Source: Chiloscyllium plagiosum | Lineage: Eukaryota | Direction: 5' to 3' | Assembly: GCF_004010195.1 (NCBI RefSeq) | Contig: NC_057718.1 | Coordinates: forward strand, 68,434,401 to 68,498,400 | Length of the DNA: 64,000 nt | Part shown: one piece after another, positions 39,358 through 50,313 of the stretch | Numbering within the stretch: position 1 is the first letter of the stretch | Layout of the letters: the number at the start of each line of letters is the position of its first letter | Program-made: the position numbers and the translations under genes | The notes under the pieces: generated by a model | Told to the model about the DNA's origin: nothing | Database searches by the model: none | What the model saw: only the letters and a program-made list of their open reading frames with translations

Positions 39358-42300
39358 GAGTCATAGAGGTGTAATACATAGAAACAGACACTTTGGTCTG
39401 ATACGTCCATGCTGTCCAGATATGCCAAACTAACCTAGTTCACTTTACTGGCAATTGGCCCATATTCCTCTTAAACCCTTCCTTCCTATTTGTATACCCC
39501 TCCAGATGTTTTTTTAAATGTTGTAATTGTACCAGCCTCCACCATTTCCTTTGGTTGCTCATTCCATACGTACCACCCTCTGCTTGAAAAAGTTGCCACT
39601 TGGATCCCTTTTCACCCTAAATTATGCCCTCTAGTTCTGGACTCCCCCAACCCAGGGAAAAGACCTTGTCTATTTATCTTGTCCATGCCCCTCATGATTT
39701 TATAAACCTCTATAAGTTCACCCCTCAGATTCTGACATGCCAGGGAAAACAGCACCAGCCTATTCAGCCTCTCCCTATAGCTCAAATCCTTCAACGTTGG
39801 CACCACCCCTTGTAAATCTGTTCTGAACCCTTTCAAGTTTCACACTCTTTCCTATTGCAGGGAGACCAGAATTGCACACAAAATTCCAAAAGTGGCCTAA
39901 CCAGTGTCCAGTACAGATGCATCATGTCATCCCAACTCCTACACTCAAATGCTCTGGCCAGTAAAGGAAAACATACCAAACTGCCTTAATTTTGCTATCT
40001 ACCTACAACTCCACTTTCAAGGAATAATGAACCTGCACTCCAAGGTCTCTTTGTTCAGCAACACTCCCCAGGACCTTCCTATTAAGTGTATAAGACCTGC
40101 CCTGATTAGCCTTTCCAAAATGCAGCATCCACATTTATTTAAATTAAACTCCACCTACCACACCTTGGCTAACTGGCCCATCTGATCAAGCTTCCATTGT
40201 ACTCTGAGGTAACCTTCTTTGTCCACTACACCTCCAATTTTGGTGTCATCTGCAAACTTACTAACTGTCCCTCCTATTTCATATTCCAAATCAATTATAT
40301 AAATGATGAAAAGCAGTGGACCCATCACTAATCCTTGTGGCATACCACTGGTCACAGGCATCCAGTCTGAAAAGCAACTCTTCACCATCATCCTCTGTGT
40401 CTTCTGTCTTTGAGCCAGTTCTGTATCCAAATAGCTAGTTCTCTCTGTATTCCATGTGATTTAACCTTGTTAACCAGTCTACCATATGGAGCCTTGTCAA
40501 ACACCTTACTGAAGTCCATATAGATCATGTCCACCACTCTGCCCTCATCAATCTTCTTTGTTACTCCTTCAGAAAACTCCATCAAGTTAATGAGACATGA
40601 TTTCCAACACACACAGCCATGTTGACTAACTGTGATCAGTCCTTGCCTATCCAAATCCTGTCCCTCCAACAACTTGCCCACCACCGATGTCAGGCTCACT
40701 GGTCTATAGTTCCCTGGCATTTCCTTACCACCTTTCTTACATAGTGGCACTACGTTAGCCAACCTCCTGTCATCCGGCACCTCACCTGTGACTTTTGATG
40801 ATCCAAATATCTCAGCAAGGGGGCCCAGCAACCACTTCTCTAGCCTTCCACAGAGTTCTCAGGTATACCTGATCAGGTCCTGGGGATTTATTCACCATTT
40901 TGTGTTTCAAGACATCCAGGACTTCCTCCTAAGTAATTTGGACATTTTTCAAGATGTCCCCATCTATTTCCCCACATTCTAGATCTTCCATGTCTTTCTC
41001 CACAGTAAACACTGATGCAAAATATTTGTTTATTATCTCCCTCATCTCCTGCGGTCCACACATAGGCTGCCTTGCTGACCTTTGAGGGGCCCTATTCTCT
41101 CCCCACCCTTTTATCTTTAATGTAGTTATGCAATCCCATTGGATTCTCTTTTACCCTATTTGCCAAAGCTATCTCATGTCTCATTTTTGCCCTCCTGATT
41201 TCCCTCTGAAGTATACTCCTACAGCTTTTATTACTCTTCTAAGGATTCACTCAATCTCTGCTGTTCTACACCTGACATATGCTTCCTTCTTATTCTTGAT
41301 AAAACCTCAATTTATCTAGTTATCCAGAATTTGCTACACCTACCAGCCTTGCCTTTCACCCTAACAGGAACATACTGTCTCTGGACTCTCATTATCTCAT
41401 TTTTGAAGGTGTCCCATTTTCCAGTCATCCTTTTACCTGCAGACATCTGTCCCCAATCAGCTTTTCAGAGTTCTTGCCGTATATCATCAAAATTGGCTTT
41501 CCTGTGGTGTAGAACTTTAACTTTTGGATCTGGTAAAACCTTTTCCATCACTCTTTTAAAATTAATAGAATTATGGTCACTTGCTCTGAAGTGGTCCCCC
41601 ACTGAGAGCTCAAATTATTTGCTCTAACCTATTTCCAAAGAGTAGGTCAGGATTTGCACCTTCTCTAGTGGGAACATCGACATAGTAAATCAGAAAATTT
41701 TCTTGTACACACTTAACAAATTGCTCTCCATCTGAAACCTTAACACTATGGCAGTCCCAGTTTCTGTTTTGAAAGTTAAAATCCCCTACCATAAGCACCC
41801 TATCATTCTTACAGATAATGAGATCTCCTTACAAATTTGTTTCCCCCCCCCCCCCCCCTCCTGTCTTGCCCCCCTTTCTATCCTTCCTATAGCATTTGTA
41901 TCCTGGAACATTAAGCTGCCAATCCATGAGCCACATCTCTGTAATTGCTTTGATATCCCAGTCCAATGTTCCTAACCATGCCCTGAGTTCATCTGCCTTC
42001 CCTGTTAGACCTCTTGCATTGAAATAAATTTAATTTATCAGTCCTACCACGATCTCTGCTTTGTTCCTGCCTGCTCTGATTGTACGACTTGCTCCTTTTC
42101 CCAACTGTACCAGCCTCCGATCGATCTCTTTCCTCACTATCTCTCTGGGTACACCCCTCCATCCCCCAATCTTACTAGTTTAAATCCTTCCGAGCAGCTC
42201 TAGCAAATCTCCATGCCAGTATATTAGTCCCCTTCCAATTCAGGTGCAATCCATCATCTTTTATACAGGCCACCTCTAGTCCAAAAGAGATTCCAATGAT

Positions 42301-42519
42301 CCAAAAATGTGAACCCTTTTCCCCTGCACCAGCTCCTCCGCCATGCATTCACCTGCTCTATTCCTACTTTATTCTGAAGGGAGAATATAGGAAGTTGGCA
42401 GAAATTTAAAAAGGAGGACCTCAACGGTATTAATATCTGGATTACTCCCGGTGCCATGAGCTAGTGAGGGTAGGAATAGGAGCATAGAACAGATGAATGC
42501 ATGGCTGAGGAGCTGGTGA
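39358..42519 (-). mobile_element. CR1 LINE (ORF1 esterase end and ORF2) with an inverted 5' segment
   Basis: ORFs IEQVNAW...FTFLDHWNLFW (esterase), LMVGDFN (APE), NYRPVSLTSVVGK and SKFADDTKIGG. 42377-42519 is ORF1 sequence in the opposite orientation. Confidence 0.9.
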
Positions 42520-42520
42520 A

Positions 42521-42855
42521 GGGTTCACGGTGGTTCAGTGGTTAGCACTGCTGCCTCACAATACCAGGGACCTGGGTTTGATTCCAACCTCGAGTGACTG
42601 TCTGTCTGTGTGAGGTTTGCATATTCTCCCCATGTCTGCGTGGGTTTCCTCTGGGTCCTCCCAACGATGTGCTGGTTAAGTGAATTGGCCTGCTATATTG
42701 CCCATAGTGTTCAGGTATGTGTAGTTTAGATGCATTAGTTAGGGGTAAAATGTAGAGTAATAGGATACGGGAATGCGTCTATAAGGGTTACTCTTCGGAG
42801 GATCGGTGTGGACTTGTTGGGTCTGGTCCACACTGTAGGGATTCTATGATTTCTA
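42521..42855 (+). mobile_element. Diverged HE1 V-SINE
   Basis: Head, V-domain with a deletion, and tail. Confidence 0.85.
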
Positions 42856-43854
42856 TGAATTTTAGATTTAGATTTTAGGTGGTGGGGGGTACCCAGGGAG
42901 ATAATAAGGACAGAGATCAGTCTGAGACTGGTTTCTGAAGAAATCATATCAAACATAAAAACATTAACTCTGTGTCTCTCTTCATAGATGGTGCCAGACC
43001 TGCATTTTCTGTTTGTTATTAATATTTGGGTCATTTGCTTCTGTTCCACTATGCTTGGAGTTGATGTAGCAACTGACCCACTAACTGTTAGATCAGTCAA
43101 AATCCTGCCTCAGCAAGCTGCCATGACTGCTGCAGCTGATCGTGTTGAATTAATAGAGGATGAGTTCCTTTTTCCAACAACAACCATGCTTAGAAAGCAA
43201 GATAGCTATAACTCTCTCACCATTCAATTTATTCTTCAAGAAACTCTAAAATAGCACATGAGCAATCTGTTTCTGTCATATTGTTATGCATAACGTTTTA
43301 CATGAACGCGAGGGTGATTTCTTTGTAACCCTATCAATCCACAGTGCAAATATTTGAACAGAATTAGAATACACTCTATATTCATGTAATCTTTGTTTGT
43401 CTCGTGTTCACTGTGACCGTGCATAAAATGGAACTGTGTTCTTTGCATTCAGGGACTCTTGCACATTCAACAGTTTTCTATCATGCAACCACAATCCGCT
43501 CTTTAGTTCCACCAGCTGCCTTCTTTTATAACAGCTTTTGTGTATTCCATGAATTTGCAATAAAACATTACATTTCTGTTGCATAATTAATCTATGATAT
43601 ACTGCATGTGATTTGTCCACTCATTTGGTTTAGATTTCTCATTAGGCTTCTCTTTTCTAGCAAAGCCCCAAATTGTCCTTGTGGTGCCACATGACATGGG
43701 TAATAATTATTGCGTTTCAGCATGGACTGCTTCAGTATCTGAGGAATTATGAATGACACTGAACATTGTGCAATCATGAGCAAAACCTCGGTTTCTGATG
43801 TTATAACTGGGAAGGTCTTTGAAGCAGCTGAAAGATGGTTGGGCATAAGACAGA

Positions 43855-44505
43855 AAATGGACAGAAAGAGGAGGCCTCCAAGTAGGTAAGGAGAAGACAG
43901 GAAAGCTGCAAGAGGTATGTGTGGTGTAAGTAGAAGGCTGCAAGATGTTGGTGGGAGGCTGCAAAGGTGATTGGATGAGAAGGATGAAGGCAACTAATGG
44001 AGAAGGAGAGATGGGCCAGGGGTGATGGTGGGAGGGAGATGGAGAGCCTGTAAAGGGATGGGGTGAATATGTGGAGGCTGAGAAGGGTATGAGGAAGCTG
44101 CATGGGGCAGCGGAGGATATGAGCAAGCTGCAAAGGTATGGAGGAGTAGACAGGAGTTTGGAGGGAATGGGGAAACTGCAGGGCTGTGACAGGCTATGGG
44201 AGAGGAATGGGAAATCTGAAAGGTGGCTGGGAAAGATGGGGAGGTTTGCAAGGAGGTGGGGGCCATGGAGATCTAGAAAAACCTAGAGATTGGTTGGGGT
44301 GTGGGACTGGGTAGATAGTCTACAGCATGGTGGTGGGAAAGTGAGAAAGGACTGAAAGAGTGGAGGGCTGCAAAGTGGAGAGGGAGCGAGGTGCAAGGGG
44401 ATTGGAGTATGATGGGGAAAGTGGAAGGCTGCAAGAGGTTTGGAGATGTAGGAAAAGGCAGGGAGGCTGCAAGGGAAAGAGTAAAGCAGGCTGCATAGAG
44501 AAGAG
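43855..44505 (+). repeat. Purine-rich degenerate repeat with a recurring RGGCTGCAA motif
   Basis: About a dozen ggctgcaa/agctgcaa-like motifs in a G/A-skewed tract. Confidence 0.7.
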
Positions 44506-47329
44506 AACAGCTTTAAACCTGTCCACAAATGAACATTCTGCTAACTGGGAACAAGAGAAGCTTGAAATCACTGAGGTAATGAATTACTTACAAATGAATT
44601 TAGTATCTCCTTGTTTAAGGCTGCATATGTTCAGAAGCTTCTGTGTGGGCAATTGCATTGGATACTTCTGTAATAAACACTCATTTCCTAAATTTGGATC
44701 TAAGATGCAGTGAAAAAGGTAGTAACTGCCTAGCTGAAATATTCTAGCTTCATGAATGTGCAATGGAAATAGTTTAACTTACAAAGTGCATGTCCGTTGT
44801 TTGATTAAAAAGCCTTTTGTTGTTAACATATGCCCACGGCATTGTTCCAACTTATGTCTTGGAAATCAGTGTTTTCCTTGCCTGTTATGGCTTTAAATGG
44901 AGACCTGATGATTATTAAAGATTTTATTGAATTCTGCATCTGCATGTGTTCAAATGCCTTGTAAATCAACACAAATACAGGAAGTAAGGTTACTATGTAA
45001 TTGCGTCACCTCCTGAATGATTGAGAGAGAACGAAAGGAAATCAAAACATAATCCTGAAAAAATCTCGAGGATCCCTCAAAAACACATTGTTTTAGGCCC
45101 TGATATCTCCAAATCAAGATAAATATTGCTCATGGCAGCAACAAGTTCAAAGTACATCAACCAAAATTAAGAAGTACACATCTTTAAGTCAGTAGCTAAT
45201 TTTTATGCAGATAAATTATTTATGGTGGCTTACAGGAAGTCCATGAAATGTTTGCTATGGTAAGGAGTTGGAAGCAATCCAGAGAAGGTTCACTGGGTTG
45301 ATCCCACTTATGGAGGGATTGTCTTATGAGGTGAGGTTGAGTGGATTGAACTTGCAGTCATTGGAATTTAGGAGAATGTGAGGAGACCTTAATGGAACAT
45401 ATATGTGGAAACGTTGTTTCACATTGTGGGAGAGTCTAGGACCAGAGGGTATCATATCAGAGTGAGGACTTGCCTATTTAAAACAGATTATGGAGAATTA
45501 TTTCTGTCGGAAAGTGGTGAACCTGTGGAATTCTTTAGTACAGAGCATTGTTGAAGCTGCCTCATTAAGTATACTCAAAGTAGACTGGTGTATTTAAAGT
45601 GGATAATTTTAAGATATTATTTTGGTATTAAAAATAAGGAAAACATATACTTATCTGAAAACAAGTTTTTGAGAAGAAAGGAAACTGCAAGTATATACAT
45701 GCGATTTATTTTTTTACTAAAAGTTGCAAAATTAGCCAATAAGGCCATTACAAAAGCAAACTCATTTTGAGAGGAATACATTTGAAAGGAAAATAAATTA
45801 CTTTTTAATAAATTTAATTGGTAGTTAATAACCAAGTCATTGGCCAGTATAGTTTGTTCTGCCACTTCCTGAAAATAAGTGGTTCCATTCCCCCTTGAGG
45901 TTAGTTCTTGAGGGTAGGTCACCCTGCCTCAAAAAATATTTTCCAACATTCAAGAGTTCAGGTGTGCAATCTCTCTTTAGTGGACAGAGAACTTTATGAG
46001 GAGTTAACTGCCTGGATTACATGATTGTCGGTCTTGCTGTGCTGTATGCACAGGTATCTATTAGAATGGAGATCAAAATAATGGCATGGAAGTCACTTGG
46101 CTCAGTACTATGGTCAGTTCAGTAAGGTAGGGAGAGAAAATTGCATTCTGCTCAGCTTGATTTCAAAATGCTAAGCAAGTTGTGATTAATGATCCCAGCC
46201 CCAAAACCATGGGCAAGTAAAATTCTAGCCTTTGGGTCACTTTTAGTTAGAGCAAGGATGAGAGAGAACATCTGATTGTTTTTCATAATGAGAAGCTATT
46301 TTTACTGCAAGTTGGGAGAGCATATATTTAAACTCATCAACAAAGGATAGCTTAAAATTTCTTTTATCCAGAATTTTAGTACGTGCAAACTGTAGTGCAA
46401 GTAAAATATACAACTAATTTGAAAAGCTAAGTAAATAAATATTTGTAAAGCCTTATATTTGTAAAAGTTAATATTGTGGATTAAAATGAGAGGACTGGTC
46501 AGTATGAGTACAGTAGATTGATGCCACTTTCAGGTGTAATGTACTGAATGGTCTCATTCCTTTGTTGTTAGATTCTGTAGTTCCTGTCATATGTAAACAC
46601 TGATTTTCCAAAATGCCAATTTTTCTCACCTAGATATATTTGGTTTCCAACCCTGGCTGTGCCTTAATACCAGCCTTTGCATTTTGCTCTCATGCTGCAA
46701 TTAGTGTTTTTAAAGTGTAGCTATACGTAGGGCAGAAGAAATGTGTTTGTAACAAGTCAAATGGCACACCATGTGAGATCTGACAGCTCTCCTTTACATT
46801 GTGCAACAACTGACCCTTATCCTTCCTCTCTTTATCTTTCCATTGACAGAATGATTAATATATAATAGCTGCATAAAGCTTCTAATCCACTGCAGTTTCT
46901 GAGATTATCAAGATCTTATTTGCTGCATTTCAACAACATGTATAGTGAGTTCTCATATCTTGCTTGTTTCCATTTCTATCCTATTCTAAGTGACTGTTCG
47001 TGATCAAAATTGAAATCTCCTTGACTCCTAATGTTTATAAATTAAAAATGTTAATTTTCTACTTCCAAGTTAAATGCAGAAAGCCACATATTTCATTCAT
47101 GCTCATCCTAGCTCTCTTCAATCATTTGTTTTGATAATGTGCTTATAAACCTGTTCCTCACTTTGCTAAGATCATCTGGTGTCAGTATACTACCCTTTTA
47201 ACCCTGACAATTCTCAATCTTTGAAAACTCTGGAACCTCTAAAGTAAAACCAGATTTATCTCTGTTATTTACAAGTGTCAGCTGTGGTGCCAATATTAGT
47301 TGATATGAGGAATTGAAGAATTGGGAATA

Positions 47330-47670
47330 AAAGCAAAATAATATGGGTGCCTGAAATCAGAAACTAGTACAGAGAATGCTGGAACAACTCAGGTCTGGCA
47401 GCATTTATGGAGAGAAAAAGAGATCGCCACTTTGATTCCAGTATTACTTTTCTTCAGAACCTGGTAATAATGTTAATCAGAAACAAAAGCAAAAATTGCT
47501 GGAGAAACTCAGCAGGTCTGGCACCATCTGTGGAAAGAAAGAAGATTCAGCATTTTGAGTTGAAATGTCAACTGTTTTCTCTTCACAGATGCTGCCAGAT
47601 CTGCTGGGTTTCTTCAGCAATTTATGTTTTCAAACTTTCAGAACTTTAGCATCTGCAGTTCCTTGTTTTT
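47330..47670. mobile_element. Cluster of old pLTR copies including an inverted pair
   Basis: 47481-47540 is approximately the reverse complement of 47575-47632. Confidence 0.7.
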
Positions 47671-47809
47671 TTTTAATGTTGTTAATGTTGACATGTTATA
47701 GCACATCTGGGGCAAGTGCAATTTGGACCTCTATCTTCTGGCCCAGAGGTAGGGACACAACCACTGCTACGAGGCCAAGACATTTATGTAGCACAATTCA
47801 TGCCATCAA

Positions 47810-48510
47810 GTGGTACCAGTACACTTTACAATGAACTACATGTATGTCTAAGCGTGGTCACTTTGGTAATGTAGGAAGCACAGCCAAGTCTCTCAAATAC
47901 CTAGATTTTTATTTGCGATTTACATTTTTTTAAAAAAATTGAGCCTACAAATGCACATAGTAAATATTCTGGGATGTATGTAAACTCAATTAGTATAATG
48001 TGCAATTTAGAGAAAAAAATTAGTGTTTTTTGGTTGAGACATATTCTTGTCTGTTGTCTACTAGTCTGGTCAATTGAGAAATAAATATTTATTAGGACTA
48101 TGGGGAGAGACCTGTTTTTCAAACTGAAGTTGTATCCACCCAAGAATGTGGAAATGCCTTAGTTTAGCATCTCATCCAAGAGATGACATGTCCAACAGTG
48201 TAGGACTCCCCCAAATTAAACATAAAGTGCCATAGTTCTAGTGGATTATAAGGCTGCTTTTTCATTGGGGAGAGATGATTGGTGGTGATTTAATCTGACG
48301 GTCACCATTCCTTGGGAAGAGAGAGGTTGAGGAGGAAAGTCCTTCATGGTAACCTCAGCTGGTGCAGGAGTTGAACCCACGTTGTTGCAAACCAGCCTTC
48401 CAACCAACTGAACTAGCTGATCCTCATCTTCCCCAAGTATTGCACTGGAGATTCAACCTCGATTATGTGCTCAAATCTCTGACTTCAGCTTTAACCAGTG
48501 ACCTTGTGAT
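47810..48510 (-). mobile_element. Old DeuSINE (SacSINE1-like) with another tRNA-derived SINE nested at about 48214-48430
   Basis: gccttagtttagcatctcatccaagagatgacatgtccaacagtgtaggactccc resumes as gtattgcactggag, resembling the reverse complement of the Deu domain as recalled. ccccaa is repeated on both sides of the insert. Confidence 0.55.
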
Positions 48511-49024
48511 TTGAATTTTGGTCCTTCTGGTATCCACTTCCCAAATCAAATTGCGAATTTGGCTTCCCCAATTTTCTAGAAATGTAATAAATTGAGCTTA
48601 ACTTTACTGAAGGTGCATTTAATAGTATTATTCAAATCACATATACTTAGGGCCAGATACTATCTACCAAGCTGTTGGCTTAATTTGGGAAATTGCTTGA
48701 CTTGCTGGACCCATGTTGGTGAAAACAATGCCGAAATGTGTTCAGGAGGGGGGGGGGTTGAAATATAATCAGGCCAGGAAAATTTAGGTGCAGAGCTTAC
48801 ACAGCCACCAGCGTGAGCAAATGCTGATGTGGGCTAGCTAGAAGATCTGACCTAGTTCTTTGGGACTTTCCAATCCTTACCCTCATACCCCTTCTCCACC
48901 TCACTCCAACCCCCATTTAATCCATTCCCCATGGCTGCTCATAAACCTCTATGTTAAATCGGTGCCGTCTCAAGGTTCTACACCATACTTAATGCCCCCT
49001 CAAACCCTCCATGCCACTGCATAG

Positions 49025-49851
49025 TGTTAAAATATAGAGGTCGAACCCCTCTGTTAATTAAAACCAAACACCCAGAAAAGCTTGCCTCGCCTTGTAGTCT
49101 ATTATAATGTGAGTGGCAGAAAACTCCTAAATTCCACTACTTAAAGAAAAATGACCATTTATTTTCCAAACTCTAATAGTGAACACTAAACAAAACGTAT
49201 TCACAAAATCCAAGTTAATTTTCTTAACTACTTGCTATCTCACTCCAACTCTATATATAAAAAAATGCTGTTCCAATACCACAATTATTAAACATTCCAT
49301 TAACTTAATCTCAAGACCACACAGTTTCTGTCTTCTCAGCTGTCTTCAATCTTACACCTGCTGCTCTCCCTGGGTCGTCTTTTCTTTTTACTGTGAGTAT
49401 ATTTTACTTGAAAAGGTACCTTTGAGTGTGTCTTCTAATTTCTTTGAGAGCAAGATTTTAGATAGACAGTTAGCTCTCCAGCTCAACGGCAGTTGCTTGG
49501 TTGATCAATGGCAATTGCTCTCTGACCAATTTTCAAAATTCCGGCGTTTTTTATACCCCCAACATCATACCGTCTCATTGGTCCACGTTGTCAAAACAAT
49601 AAATTCAAACTCGATTGGACTTTAATATCCTGGGCATAATTTAAACTAATTGGTTAAATTTGAATTGTTGTCAAAGCAGCAACTAAAACTCAGGTATCCA
49701 TTTAAAAGCCATTTGCGACATCTATCTGTTCTGGAACAGCTCGTCTCCCAGCCTTTTCCTTCAGGCAACTGAGCCTGCACTTTAAACTTACTTAAATTCA
49801 GAAACCACTTCCAATTTTAAAGTGTACACACATGCTTTCAACTTAGTAACA
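49025..49851 (-). mobile_element. Solo LTR (827 bp), probably Gypsy-type
   Basis: TGTTA...TAACA inverted termini; flanks ATAG / ATAT. Minus strand has three CCAAT boxes (49653, 49618, 49581), TATAAAA (49555-49549) and AATAAA (49163-49158) in U3-R-U5 order. Confidence 0.78.
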
Positions 49852-50086
49852 ATATCGACACATTCAGTGTCCACCATGGGCCTAGGAATCTTTTGGAGAC
49901 TGGGAAAGGAACTTTTAACAACCCTGTATACTTCTACACATTTGAGAGGTTTTTCCTCGCAATAGAACATAGAACAGTACAGAACAGCACAGTACAGGCT
50001 CTTCTGTCCTCGATGTTGTGCCGACCTTTTATCCTACTCTAAGCTCAAACTAACCTACATACCCTACATATTACTATTGTCCATGT

Positions 50087-50313
50087 GCTGAAAATGTGTT
50101 GCTGGAAAAGCGCAGCAAGTCAGGCAGCATCCAGGGAACAGGAGAATCGACGTTTCGGGCATAAGCCCTTCTTCAGGAATCGACAGGACAACGACATGAT
50201 GCAGAGCTGGGCTGAGAAGTGGCAGACACAGCTTAACTTGGAAAGGGGTGAAGTGATTCATTTTGGAAGGTCGAATTTGAATACAAAATACAAGGTTAAA
50301 GGCAGGAGTCTTG
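50087..50313 (-). mobile_element. Composite insertion: pLTR (50087-50180) plus an inverted copy of 50877-51009 (50181-50313)
   Basis: 12-bp TSD ttgtccatgtgc at 50077-50088 and 50311-50322. The 133-bp segment is the reverse complement of the donor with 3 mismatches. Confidence 0.92.
50145..50180 (-). ncRNA. Minimal hammerhead ribozyme-like motif
   Basis: AUUC CUGAAGA A GGGC-uuau-GCCC GAA ACGU C GAUU. Confidence 0.7.
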
